From positions 2,688,001 to 2,752,000 of the forward strand of contig OZ250169.1 in the NCBI GenBank assembly GCA_965237955.1: 64,000 nucleotides of DNA, in the 5' to 3' direction. A program made the position numbers and the translations under genes. Below the pieces are notes generated by a model. The model made no database searches. It was given only the letters and a program-made list of their open reading frames with translations, and was not told the DNA's origin. The DNA comes from Candidatus Marinacidobacterales bacterium (GTDB lineage: Bacteria > Acidobacteriota > Vicinamibacteria > Marinacidobacterales > SMYC01). Shown here one piece after another: positions 19,832 through 29,578 of the stretch (its first letter is position 1; every line of letters begins with the position of its first letter).

Positions 19832-19961
19832 CCAGCATTCAGCATCCAGTTCAAGTCGCAACGTGCCGCTGAATGGCGCGGCACGCGTCGACCTCGATTG
19901 CCGGTAAGCGAAATGCCTGTTACAGGCAACTCCGCGAACTGAACTGGATGCCGAATGCTGG
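19832..19961. repeat. Palindromic element with heptamer-like arms (variant)
   Basis: CCAGCATTCAGCATCCAGTTCA (19832-19853) / TGAACTGGATGCCGAATGCTGG (19940-19961), 1 mismatch, 86-nt spacer. Confidence 0.8.
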
Positions 19962-20885
19962 TCATCGTTTCGCAGCCTTCCAGATGTCGACGCACCCTTT
20001 GTAGTTTTCCGCGATGGCGTTGACGGCGGCGTCTTCTGCCATGCTCTTGTCCAAGTACGCCTTCAGAGGTTCGGTGAAGTTGGTTCGTCCGACGGCGAAG
20101 CCGATGAACCCATTGACGGGCGCCGAGACCTGGAGCCACTCGTGGACTTTTTCTTTGTTGGAGCCTCGGCCGAGCAGGATCGCTCCAACGCGAGCGCGGT
20201 CGTCATTCGATCGAACTTGCGTGGAGACGGCCTCCGCCTGCTCGCGCTTGTCGAGTCCTTCGATCTTCCAGATGTCGGGCTCGACGCCGTAGTCTTGGAT
20301 TTCGCGAATCGCGTTGACCATGTGGCCGGGGCGGATGTCCGAGTCGTAGCTGTCGCCGGCGCTCTTGTCATCGTCGGTAACGGCTGGGACGAGAAGCTCG
20401 AACATCAGGTAGTGATCGTTGCTTGCGTGCACGTAGTCGGAGAGGAGCTTGAGCCGGGTCAGCTGTTCGCGGTTCATCACCGTGTCGTCCTCGGGGTGGA
20501 AGCGGACGAGCACCTTGACGATATCGGGAGCGAGAAAGCGCAGATGATCCTCCCAGCGCGCGCCGTACTCGAAGTCGAATACGGATTGGCCGCTCTTCTC
20601 CACACACACCGCGGCGGGGATGCCGCGGGATTTCGCGTCACTAATAATGTGGCTTCCGAACTGTGCGTCGACGAGAATACCCACCTCGTCGCTGGGAACA
20701 CCCATCTCGATCGCTTTGAGAAGCCCGCGGTAGATCAGCGTCTTGGCTTCCGAGACCGGGACGAACTGGTCCTTAACCGGCTCGATGGCCGGCGCGCCTT
20801 TGAAGTCGAAGTACGTTTTCGTGAAGCTGCCCCGATGATCGAACGGTTGAACGAACAGGGGCTTGTCGTAGCCAATGTCTTTCAT
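19962..20885 (-). CDS. DUF2090-domain protein (stand-alone IolC-associated aldolase-like TIM barrel)
   Basis: PFDHRGSF, KVLVRFHPED, MFELLVP, EPDIWKIEG, LLGRG, GFAVGRT. Confidence 0.85.
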   Translation of the reverse strand: MKDIGYDKPLFVQPFDHRGSFTKTYFDFKGAPAIEPVKDQFVPVSEAKTLIYRGLLKAIEMGVPSDEVGILVDAQFGSHIISDAKSRGIPAAVCVEKSGQSVFDFEYGARWEDHLRFLAPDIVKVLVRFHPEDDTVMNREQLTRLKLLSDYVHASNDHYLMFELLVPAVTDDDKSAGDSYDSDIRPGHMVNAIREIQDYGVEPDIWKIEGLDKREQAEAVSTQVRSNDDRARVGAILLGRGSNKEKVHEWLQVSAPVNGFIGFAVGRTNFTEPLKAYLDKSMAEDAAVNAIAENYKGCVDIWKAAKR

Positions 20886-21065
20886 GACAAAGATCCTCCA
20901 TCCGTCCGCGGGGCGTCTCCCTCGCGACGGGTCGATGAGAAGAAGGGCCGCAAGGGTCGAACGCGCGATCTCGCGGCTCGCGGCCCCCGGGCGGCGCGCG
21001 TAGTTTACGCCGCGAGCACCCGAGCGGGCAAGGGAGTCACGCGTCGACGGCTGCTTGGTGGCTCG

Positions 21066-21198
21066 CTAGTCCCCTGTATCAGAACAAACTAGATAAAGCA
21101 GAGCTTGCCGAAACCCTTCTAAGTGCATGAATCTTATGAATCTTATGGGCTGGCGAAAAGCCTAACTTTGTATAGTAATCAAAGATCCAGGGGACTAG
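21066..21198 (-). mobile_element. 133-bp MITE, copy 2 (inverted relative to copy 1)
   Basis: Reverse complement of 17069-17201 with 3 substitutions. Confidence 0.88.
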
Positions 21199-21201
21199 GT
21201 A

Positions 21202-22889
21202 GTTCCTGTCCAGAAACACCATAACTTGTGGTGTGCGACAGGCCTACCGAAGATGTGGGTATTATACGGTTTCGGTAGGGAACTTCGTAGGGTTGAGAGC
21301 GAATGAAAATCTTGGACGAAACGAGAGGCGAATCGTCAGGAATCCAAGGCTATGGGAGCGGAAGAGTAATAGTTATTATCTTAATAGATGTCTCGCCATC
21401 ACCAGTAGATTGCAGGTGATGATGGAACCCCATACGTACGATTTAAAAGAAGGCAATGAGCGCCATGTGCATCGGTCGAGACCAAAGACTCGTTTCAAGA
21501 ACGAAATGACGCCTTCGATCCCGCAGCGAAATCGCCGCAGGCGTTGATAGACCCAGGAACTCTTGACCATATCGGTCACGGCGAAACCTTGAGCCTTGGT
21601 AAAGGCAACATCTTCAACTCCCTTGCCTTTGATGGCTTCCAAGTTTGCCTTTGAAGAAAACGCGCCATCGTAGGCGACCTGGCGCGGGGCCCGCTCGTAG
21701 AGTTCGACTAGACGGTCGATCATGGTTTCCGCGAGAGTTGAATCGGCCGGATTCCCATCCAAGATCACGCAATCCAAAATCATCGAGGACGAACCACCAG
21801 TCAGACACACCTTGTGACCGTAGAGGGTCTCGCGCCGGTCTTTGCGAATAATGTCGGTGTGTTCTTCGAAGACAGAAACGACCTTTTCCTCTGCAGGCAC
21901 ACGCTCTTCGTCGATCACTCGGCGTTGGGTTTGGTTGATGACTTTCTTGGTGAGGACGAGAAAGTGCTCAAAATCCGCGGCGATCCTCTCCGTACTCGCT
22001 CGCTTCACAGGCTCGGTCAAGCCCGACTCTTCCAACTGTTCTGCAACGCGTTGAGCGGAGCGATAGGTTTCTTCCGTCACCTTCAGTAGATCTCGATAGA
22101 CGCGACGCCTTTGTTGCTTATCCTTAGCGTTCAGAACTCCCAGTCGACGTCTCTTCGCTCGACGCGTTCGATTGCCGAAGACCACTACTGTACCCAGCAG
22201 TTCGCGAGCTCCGCACATCAGGCGAGTGAGAACCCGAACACAGTCATAAAGAAGCTCGGAGTCTGTAGGCGGATGAATGTTTGATTCCACTACCGTGCAG
22301 TCCACTCGTACTTTTCTTCCCTTTTCGATCCCAGCATCCTCGGCAACGCTCACCAGCTCTCGGTTGATCTGCTCCAGCGTTTCGAACTTCACGGCTTTGA
22401 TGTTTGCTGCTAGGGTCGACTTCGACGGGGTCGGCTCTATGATGCCGAGCTGGCAAAACGTCCGATAGCTTCGAGAGTCTGCCAAGTGAAACGCCAGCTC
22501 CCGATAGCTGAACTGATTCAGCTGCTTGACCAACAACGCCCGGAGAACCTGCTCCGCGCTCATTCCCCCACGACCAACATCGCTCCCTGCCGATGGGGTG
22601 ACCGACTTCAGGTCTTGCAGTACCAGCTCATTGAGCTTAGGATGGGCATCGAGCAGCGACGAGATCGTTTCGAGTTCGCGTGCGTGCTCCAGCTCCAGCC
22701 AGGGCTCACGTAGATTTGGCTGTGGGTTGATCGTTTTTCGCATTTAGGGCTGGTCTCCTTTGGAGTTAAGTCATTTAGAATCGGATGTTTTCAACGATAC
22801 GGTCCTAATCGACACCCCCTCAGAAGACTAGCCCTAAATTTGCGATTTCTCCTTTTTTCTCAATCCCTTACAGGCTTCAGGACGGGTAC
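21202..22889 (-). mobile_element. Insertion sequence (ISNCY/IS5-like DDE), apparently intact
   Basis: Imperfect IRs GTTCCTGTCCAGAA / GTACCCGTCCTGAA; direct repeat TAGGTA at 21196-21201 and 22890-22895; lower GC than the flanks. Confidence 0.88.
21376..22743 (-). CDS. DDE transposase
   Basis: RVDCTVVESNIHPPTDS, EEKVVSVFEEHT, YGHKV, DGAF, FRCGIEGVISFLKR. Confidence 0.92.
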   Translation of the reverse strand: MRKTINPQPNLREPWLELEHARELETISSLLDAHPKLNELVLQDLKSVTPSAGSDVGRGGMSAEQVLRALLVKQLNQFSYRELAFHLADSRSYRTFCQLGIIEPTPSKSTLAANIKAVKFETLEQINRELVSVAEDAGIEKGRKVRVDCTVVESNIHPPTDSELLYDCVRVLTRLMCGARELLGTVVVFGNRTRRAKRRRLGVLNAKDKQQRRRVYRDLLKVTEETYRSAQRVAEQLEESGLTEPVKRASTERIAADFEHFLVLTKKVINQTQRRVIDEERVPAEEKVVSVFEEHTDIIRKDRRETLYGHKVCLTGGSSSMILDCVILDGNPADSTLAETMIDRLVELYERAPRQVAYDGAFSSKANLEAIKGKGVEDVAFTKAQGFAVTDMVKSSWVYQRLRRFRCGIEGVISFLKRVFGLDRCTWRSLPSFKSYVWGSIITCNLLVMARHLLR

Positions 22890-24109
22890 TAGGTAGCGAG
22901 CCGTTCGTACAACTGAACGTAGCGTGGGAGTCCCACGGTCTCGATCGAGAAGCGCTCCAGCGCGGCGCGCCGTGCGCTCTCTCGCAGCGCGCCCACGTCG
23001 AGCGCCGCGAGGCCGTCCGCAGCGTTCTCGAGCTCTTCCTGAGCGAGCCCGCCCGCGTCGATCACCGCGGGCACTTCGTCGACGAGCTGGTCGCTGTCGC
23101 CGATGCCGCGGTTCAAAACCGTGGGCAGGCCGATGGCCAAGTACTCGGCGGTCTTGGTCGGCGAGGAGCCGAGCTTCGAGAAGCAGGGTGTAATGAAGGA
23201 GACGGCCGCATCGGCGGCGGAGAGCGCCGCCGGCATTTCGCTCGGCGGAACACGCCGGACCACGACTTCGTCACGCGGCACGCCGACGCGCTCGATCGCC
23301 GCGTCGAAACGATCCGTGGGCGAGTGCGTATACAGCACGAAGCGGGCGGGCCGCCGGCGCCGCAAGGCAGCGTAGAAGCGGACCATCTCCTCCTCGCGAT
23401 ACCAGGCGCCGAGCGTGCCGGCGTAGACGAGCACGAACCGGTCGCCCGCGCCCAGCTCGCGGCGCCATCGCGCGCGCGCCTCGGCGGTGGCAGAGAATCG
23501 CTTCACGTCCACGCAGGTGGGGATGACCTCGATGGGTGTGTCACGCGGCACCAGTCGTGTCTCGTCGACGAGGTAGCGTCGGTGACGTTCGGTGAGCACG
23601 ACGACGCCAGCCGCGCGGGCGAAGAGGCGCTTTTCGACACGCTTGAGCAGCTTGTAGCGGTACGACTCGGCGCTCCAATGCCCAGCGTCGACGTACTCCT
23701 CGCCGAGCAGCCCGCGAACCTCGAAGAGGAAGCGCGTGCCGGGTGAAAGCGAAGCAGTGAGCTGTGCGACCGCGGCGGGCAGGTAAGAACGCGCGTGCAC
23801 GATCCGCGGGCGTCGCACGAGCGCGAGTGCGAGAAGCCGCGCCAGCGCTCGACTCGCCTCCGCCATCTTCACCGAAAAGGAGTGCGACGCACTGCGTCGC
23901 GACCAGTAATAGCCGATTCCTGCCGCACGCAACTGCTCATCGACCGCGCGGATCTCGTCGTCAGTGGCTCGCTCGGGCTCGAACGCCACGATCTCCATCG
24001 AGAAGCCGGCGCGCGCCAGCCCCTCGACGTAGGGAATGACTTGCGAGTATCCGAGCGGCTCGGACATTCCCGTGTGCGAGACGTAGACCGCCCGCGGGCT
24101 TTGCGCCAT
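22889..24109 (-). CDS. Glycosyltransferase family 4-like (paralogue of 8384..9712)
   Basis: YVSHTGMSEPLGYSQV, VHARSY, SPTKTAEYLAIGLP; start 24109 or 24121. Confidence 0.88.
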   Translation of the reverse strand: MAQSPRAVYVSHTGMSEPLGYSQVIPYVEGLARAGFSMEIVAFEPERATDDEIRAVDEQLRAAGIGYYWSRRSASHSFSVKMAEASRALARLLALALVRRPRIVHARSYLPAAVAQLTASLSPGTRFLFEVRGLLGEEYVDAGHWSAESYRYKLLKRVEKRLFARAAGVVVLTERHRRYLVDETRLVPRDTPIEVIPTCVDVKRFSATAEARARWRRELGAGDRFVLVYAGTLGAWYREEEMVRFYAALRRRRPARFVLYTHSPTDRFDAAIERVGVPRDEVVVRRVPPSEMPAALSAADAAVSFITPCFSKLGSSPTKTAEYLAIGLPTVLNRGIGDSDQLVDEVPAVIDAGGLAQEELENAADGLAALDVGALRESARRAALERFSIETVGLPRYVQLYERLAT

Positions 24110-24129
24110 GGGTAAGGCCATATTATAAT
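24101..24129 (+). promoter_or_regulatory. Sigma-70-type promoter
   Basis: TTGCGC-N17-TATAAT upstream of the ATG at 24164. Confidence 0.55.
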
Positions 24130-24163
24130 TGTACTGTTCCACAACAATTGAAGATTCCCACAA

Positions 24164-25327
24164 ATGCGAGTAGCGGCACTGGTGCCTTATCACCAGGACT
24201 ACTGCGCGGGGCAACGCTTCCGCGTGGAGACCTGGGCACGACATCTCGAGTCGCGCGGGATCTCGTTTTCGTTTCTGCCGTTTTCGAGTCCCGAGCTGAC
24301 CGCGGTGCTCTATGAACGCGGGCACCTGTTGAGCAAGGCCGGTGCGTTGGTACGTTGCTATGTCGAGCAAACGGCGCGCGTGTTGCGCCACTGTTCCACA
24401 ACAATTGAAGATTCCCACAAATGCGAGTAGCGGCACGCCTTATCACCAGGACTACTGCGCGGGGCACGCTTCCGCGTGGAGTCACGCCCCGACCTCGTCT
24501 ACATCTACCGTGAGGCGTCGCTGGTGGGTCCAGCGCTCATCGAACGTCTTACCCGAAGGTGGCGCGCTCCAATCGTCTACGACTTGGACGAGCCGCTGTT
24601 CGAGTCGTACGTGAGCCCAACGAACGGGCGTTTGAACGTGCTGAAGTGCCGTTCCAAAACCGAGGCGCTCATGCGCATGAGTGATCAGGTCTGGGCGGTC
24701 AACCGCGCCATCGGCGATTATGCGTCTCGCTTCTCGCCGCACGTGGAGATCGTGCCCATGGCGGTCGACACCGAACGCTACACGCCTGCGCCACCACTCG
24801 CGGCCGATGCACCGCTTCGCGTCGGCTGGATGGGAACCCGTACCTCTCAGCCCAACCTCGAAGCGGTCGTCGGGCCTCTCGCGCGTCTGCACCAGTCTCA
24901 TGGTGCAACGCTCTCGGTCGTAGCCGACGAGCCGCTGACGTTCGATGGCGTTCCCGTCGAGTTCACGCGGTGGGCGTGGGAGGTCGAGGTGCCGATCATG
25001 CACCAGTGCCAGATCGCACTGGTTCCAGTGAAGCCGGACAGCTGGAGCCCATGGAAGTTCTACTACAAGCTCGTCCAGTGCATGAGCATGGGGCTTCCGG
25101 TGGTCGCCTCACCGATCGGGTCGAACCTCGAGATCATCGAGGACGGTCGAACGGGCTTTCTCGTTGACACCCCGGACGATTGGTACGATCGTCTGCGCCG
25201 TCTCGCTGATGACCCCGAGCTGCGACAGACGATGGGCGCGGCCGCGAGGCGGGTCGTCGAGGAACGCTTCAGTCTCGAAGGACAGCTCGAGTTCCTCGAG
25301 CGCGAGCTCAGGGCGGCCGCCGCATGA
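24164..25327 (+). pseudogene. GT4 glycosyltransferase interrupted by a 90-bp self-derived insertion carrying a TAG
   Basis: Both halves are in one frame; deleting 24391-24480 gives continuous ..VLRQSRPDLVYIYRE..; later motifs VYDLDE, KLVQCMSMGLPVVASP. Confidence 0.8.
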
Positions 25328-26091
25328 AAGTCGTCATCTTCGCCGGCGGTCTCGGGAGTCGCCTTTCCGAAGAAACCGAGTCCAAGCCCAAGCCCATGGT
25401 CGAGATCGGCGGGCGGCCGATCCTATGGCACATCATGAAGCACTACGCGCACTACGGCCACGACGAGTTCGTGGTGGCCCTCGGCCACCGCGGCGACGTC
25501 ATCAAGCGTTGGTTTCTCGACAAGGCCGAGCTCGACGGCAGCTTCACTTTGTCGCTGCGTGACCGTGAGGTGGTACGCCACGACGAGCCGCTCGACGATT
25601 GGAAACTTTCGCTCATCGATACCGGTGTGGAGACCCAGACCGGCGGACGGCTCTCCCGGGTAGCGCCCCTGCTGCGTGACGGTACCTTCATGCTCACGTA
25701 CGGTGACGGTGTATCCGACGTGGACCTCGATGATTTGCTGGCCTTCCACCGCTCTCACGGCAAACTGGCCACGGTGACCGCGGTCCGCCCGCCCGCGCGT
25801 TTCGGCGAGCTCGAATTCGATGGCGATCGCGTCAAGCGCTTCTCCGAGAAGCCGCAGATCGGCGAGGGCTGGATCAACGGAGGCTTCTTCGTGCTCGAGC
25901 CAGAAGCCCGCGACGTCATCCCCGGGGATGTGCACTTGGAACGTGAGCCGCTCGAGAGGCTAGCCGAGGCCGGAGAGCTCATGGCGTACAAGCACGAGAG
26001 CTTCTGGCAATGCATGGATACGCTGCGAGACAAACGCCTGCTCGAATCTCTCTGGGCCGATGGAGGTGCTTCTTGGAAGGTGTGGTCGTGA
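25324..26091 (+). CDS. rfbF: Glucose-1-phosphate cytidylyltransferase
   Basis: AGGLGSRLSEET, KPKPMVEIGGRPILWHIMK, TYGDG, WINGGFFV, FWQCMDTLRDK. Confidence 0.95.
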   Translation: MKVVIFAGGLGSRLSEETESKPKPMVEIGGRPILWHIMKHYAHYGHDEFVVALGHRGDVIKRWFLDKAELDGSFTLSLRDREVVRHDEPLDDWKLSLIDTGVETQTGGRLSRVAPLLRDGTFMLTYGDGVSDVDLDDLLAFHRSHGKLATVTAVRPPARFGELEFDGDRVKRFSEKPQIGEGWINGGFFVLEPEARDVIPGDVHLEREPLERLAEAGELMAYKHESFWQCMDTLRDKRLLESLWADGGASWKVWS

Positions 26092-26903
26092 GCAAGCAGA
26101 CGCGCGGCTGGAATTCTTCGACGATGACGAGAACCGAGGATCTCCCGGCGAACGCCTGGGCACTGGGGTATTTCCATTCTTCCCACGACGATTGGGACGG
26201 GGAGACGTGGACTCAAAACCTGCACGAGCTACGCATTCGGGACCTAGCGCTCTTTCAGCTCGGCGATGTGCGCGGTAAACGTATCCTCGATATCGGCTCC
26301 GGTTTTGGCGAGTACATGCTGACCTTTTTCAAAATGGGCGCGTGTGCTTCCGGACAAGATCTTTCTGAATCGGCCGTGGAGAAATCGATCTCGATGCTGA
26401 AGGAGAACGGATTCGACCCGGATGTCAAAGCGGGCGACGCGACGCAGCTGATGTTCGACGACAACGTCTTCGACGCCGTGTTTTCCGCCGATTTCTTCGA
26501 GCACATCACCTACGAGCAAAAACAGAAAGTCATCGACGAGACCTTCCGAGTGCTGAAACCTGGTGGGCTCTTCGTCATCAAGACCCCGAACTTGGACTAT
26601 CTCGAGCTTTCCAATTTTCTGAAGCGCTGTGTCGTGATTCTCAAGCTCCGGTCTCCATTCGGAATCCATATCCCGCATACCAAGAACAATCCCGACACGG
26701 AACACCACGGTCTCACGACCTTCGCGGAGCTGACTTCGCTCTTGGAGGAGGGGATGTTCCACTTCCCCGAGTTCACCCACGCGCCACTGCGAAGAAAACG
26801 ATTGCCAGACTACTTGGCTAGAATGACCGACGGCTACCGAGCGTTTTCCGAGGCGATCATCCTGTCCGCACGCAAGCCGCTGTTTTACGGGTTTTACGGC
26901 TAG
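26088..26903 (+). CDS. Class I SAM-dependent methyltransferase
   Basis: ILDIGSGFG, FFEHI, VLKPGG; GTG overlaps the rfbF stop. Confidence 0.87.
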   Translation: MSKQTRGWNSSTMTRTEDLPANAWALGYFHSSHDDWDGETWTQNLHELRIRDLALFQLGDVRGKRILDIGSGFGEYMLTFFKMGACASGQDLSESAVEKSISMLKENGFDPDVKAGDATQLMFDDNVFDAVFSADFFEHITYEQKQKVIDETFRVLKPGGLFVIKTPNLDYLELSNFLKRCVVILKLRSPFGIHIPHTKNNPDTEHHGLTTFAELTSLLEEGMFHFPEFTHAPLRRKRLPDYLARMTDGYRAFSEAIILSARKPLFYGFYG

Positions 26904-27814
26904 CCGCCTTGCGCGCGCCACCATGTCACGGTGTGGGCCAAGCCTGACGCAACGTCATAGCGAGGTTGCCAGCCGACTTCGTTACCCAGGCGTTCGGTGT
27001 TCGCGACCAAAAACGGGGGATCTCCAAGGGGTGATGGACGCGCGCCAAAGTCCAGGAGCTCAGCCCGACCCAGTATCTCGCCGAGTTGCTCGGCGACCGA
27101 GGATACCGTCACCGGCTGTCCCGATCCGATATTGACGGGGCCGACCACGGAGGACTTCGCAATCGCCCACAACGCGCCGGCGACATCCCCTACGTGCGAG
27201 TAGTCTCGGATCTGCTCACCGGGGGAGAGCTCGCACATCTCACCGGCGAGCAATTTCGAGATCAGGAACGGCACCAGCCGGCGCGGATCTTCCCAGGGTC
27301 CGTAGACGCAAAAGATTCGGGCTGAGGCTACGGACCATTCATCGTGTGCGTCGAAGTTGCTGGCCGTCAGGAAGAGGGAGTGCTTGGCGGCGGCGTACAG
27401 GGTGGTCGGGTGGATGGGGCTCGTCTCGGCGACGGCGCTCGTCGAGCTTTCGTACTCGAGCGAGGTTCCAGCGATGACGAGGCGCCGACACCCGATCCGG
27501 TGGAGGATGCGCATGAATGTCAGACTGCCTTTCAGACAGTCGAGGTTCTCGTGAGCCCCCAGATACTGGTCGGGCTCCGCGTACCACGCCAGGTGTAGAC
27601 AGACTTCAGGGACGCTGGCTCTCAAGGGCGTCTCGAGCGCCCGCGCATCCTGTAGGTCGCCTTCCAGCAACTGCACGCGGTCTTGCACGCCTTCGAGCCG
27701 GCGCAAGCTCGAGCCTGGCCTCACGAGGGCCATGACCTCATGCCCCTCGGCGAGCGCGAGCCGCGCCACGTGCGAGCCGATGAACCCGGAGGCTCCGGTC
27801 AGGAGAACTCGCAT
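26900..27814 (-). CDS. NAD-dependent epimerase/dehydratase family, probable NDP-4-keto-sugar reductase
   Basis: TGASGFIG, HLAW, YAAAK (YxxxK), VYGPWE. Confidence 0.87.
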   Translation of the reverse strand: MRVLLTGASGFIGSHVARLALAEGHEVMALVRPGSSLRRLEGVQDRVQLLEGDLQDARALETPLRASVPEVCLHLAWYAEPDQYLGAHENLDCLKGSLTFMRILHRIGCRRLVIAGTSLEYESSTSAVAETSPIHPTTLYAAAKHSLFLTASNFDAHDEWSVASARIFCVYGPWEDPRRLVPFLISKLLAGEMCELSPGEQIRDYSHVGDVAGALWAIAKSSVVGPVNIGSGQPVTVSSVAEQLGEILGRAELLDFGARPSPLGDPPFLVANTERLGNEVGWQPRYDVASGLAHTVTWWRAQGG

Positions 27815-28347
27815 GCCGCCTCGTCGAACGGAGCGAACGCCAGGTCACGAGATCCGATTACCGTTGGCGCGAACGTCCAGGTAATCGCGAACGCGGGGTC
27901 GTCGTACCTCAAGCCGCGGGCGCTCTCGGGACGATAGGGCGTCGACATTTGGTAGGCGACCTCCGAATGGTCCTCGAGCGTCAGGAACCCGTGGGCGAGC
28001 CCTTCGGGGATGTAGACCATGTGCCGGTTGTCTGCGGACAGCTCCGCCGACCACCAAGTCTTGAAAGTCGGCGCGCTCGGACGTAGGTCCACGATCACGT
28101 CGTAGATCCGACCCCGCGTACAGCGCACGAGCTTCGCCTCGGCGAAGGGCGGCGCTTGGAAGTGCAGCCCACGAAGGGTTCCCCGGCGATGGTTGTACGA
28201 GATACTGCACTGGGCCAACTCGCCTTTCAGGCCATGGGCAAGGTAGTCCTCGCGACACCAGCTGCGCGCGAAGAAACCACGCTCGTCCTGGTGTGGCTCG
28301 ATCCGCACGAGGAACGCGCCCTCCATCGGTGTCGGCTGGAAGATCAT
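27799..28347 (-). CDS. rfbC: NDP-4-keto-6-deoxyhexose 3,5-epimerase (RmlC family)
   Basis: DERGFFAR, GTLRGLHFQ, KLVRC, DVIVDLR, AHGFLTL. Confidence 0.93.
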   Translation of the reverse strand: MIFQPTPMEGAFLVRIEPHQDERGFFARSWCREDYLAHGLKGELAQCSISYNHRRGTLRGLHFQAPPFAEAKLVRCTRGRIYDVIVDLRPSAPTFKTWWSAELSADNRHMVYIPEGLAHGFLTLEDHSEVAYQMSTPYRPESARGLRYDDPAFAITWTFAPTVIGSRDLAFAPFDEAACEFS

Positions 28348-28357
28348 CGCGCGCGTC

Positions 28358-29578
28358 TCATACCACCCGCGGCTCGGGAATCGGCACGATGAACTTGCCG
28401 CCTCCCGCGCGATAGTCGGCTTGCTGGGCGATGATCTCGTCGGCGAAGTTCCACGTCAAAAGCAGCACATAGTCCGGGCGATCCGCAAGGAGTTTCTCCG
28501 GAGCGTGGATCGGGAGATGGTTCCCCGGCATGAAGCGCCCCTGTTTGTGGGGGCTGCGATCGACCACGAAGTCGACGAGGTCGCTATCGATTCCCATGTA
28601 GTGCAAGAGTGTGCTCCCCTTGGCGGCGGCACCGTAAGCGGCGATGTGCTTGCCGCCCGCCTTGAGATCGAAAAGGAGGGCCCGCAACTCTTCCCGTAGT
28701 CCAGACACCTGGTGGGCGAACCGGCGATACGGCTCAGGCGTGTCGACGCCCCACGTCGCCTCCTCATCGAGCATTGCGCGCACGCTGGGTGCGTCGGCTT
28801 CGGCACCCTCATGGACCACGGTGACGCGAATCGACCCACCATGGATCGGTATGCGCTCGACGCGCTCGGCGGCCAGTCCGTGACGTCGAAAGAGTTGTTC
28901 GAGCGCCGTGAGCGAGTAGTAGAAAAAGTGCTCGTGGTAGATGGTGTCGAACTCGTTATTCGTCAGTAGATCGTGTATGTACGGCGTCTCCATCACCAAC
29001 GCCCCCGTGGGCGCAAGGAACCGTCCGATGCCCTCGACCACCCCGTTGATATCGGGGATATGGGCCATCACATTGTTGGCGAGAATGACGTCGGCTCGCC
29101 GACCTTGATCGACGAGGCGCTCGGCCAGCTCGGCGCCGAAGAACTCGCAAACGGTGCGGATACCCCGCTCCTCGGCCACCTTGGCGATGTTGTGCGCCGG
29201 CTCGATACCCAACACAGGTATGTCGGCCTGCTGGAAGTACTGCAAGAAGTAGCCGTCGTTGCTGGCAATCTCCGCGACAAGGCTGTCGTGGCCGAGCCGC
29301 CGACTTGCGATCAGCGCTTGCGCGCTCGCGCGAGCGTGGTCGAGCATCGTCTCGGAAAAGGATGAAAAGTATAGGTAGTTCCGGAACATCTGCTCCGGCG
29401 GGACGGTTTCCAGGATCTGGACCAGGGAACAGCCCTTGCAGATGGCCAGCTCGAGCGGGAACCTCGGCTCCGGTGCATCGAGCTGAGTCTTGGTGACGAG
29501 GGCGTTCGCCAGCGGTGTCGTTCCGAGATCGAGCACGGACTCGAGCGGCGTAGCGCCGCAGGACCGGCAGCGAACCAT
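28358..29578 (-). CDS. NDP-hexose C-methyltransferase (TylCIII/EryBIII/NovU family)
   Basis: [48 protein letters not shown]. Confidence 0.92.
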   Translation of the reverse strand: MVRCRSCGATPLESVLDLGTTPLANALVTKTQLDAPEPRFPLELAICKGCSLVQILETVPPEQMFRNYLYFSSFSETMLDHARASAQALIASRRLGHDSLVAEIASNDGYFLQYFQQADIPVLGIEPAHNIAKVAEERGIRTVCEFFGAELAERLVDQGRRADVILANNVMAHIPDINGVVEGIGRFLAPTGALVMETPYIHDLLTNNEFDTIYHEHFFYYSLTALEQLFRRHGLAAERVERIPIHGGSIRVTVVHEGAEADAPSVRAMLDEEATWGVDTPEPYRRFAHQVSGLREELRALLFDLKAGGKHIAAYGAAAKGSTLLHYMGIDSDLVDFVVDRSPHKQGRFMPGNHLPIHAPEKLLADRPDYVLLLTWNFADEIIAQQADYRAGGGKFIVPIPEPRVV

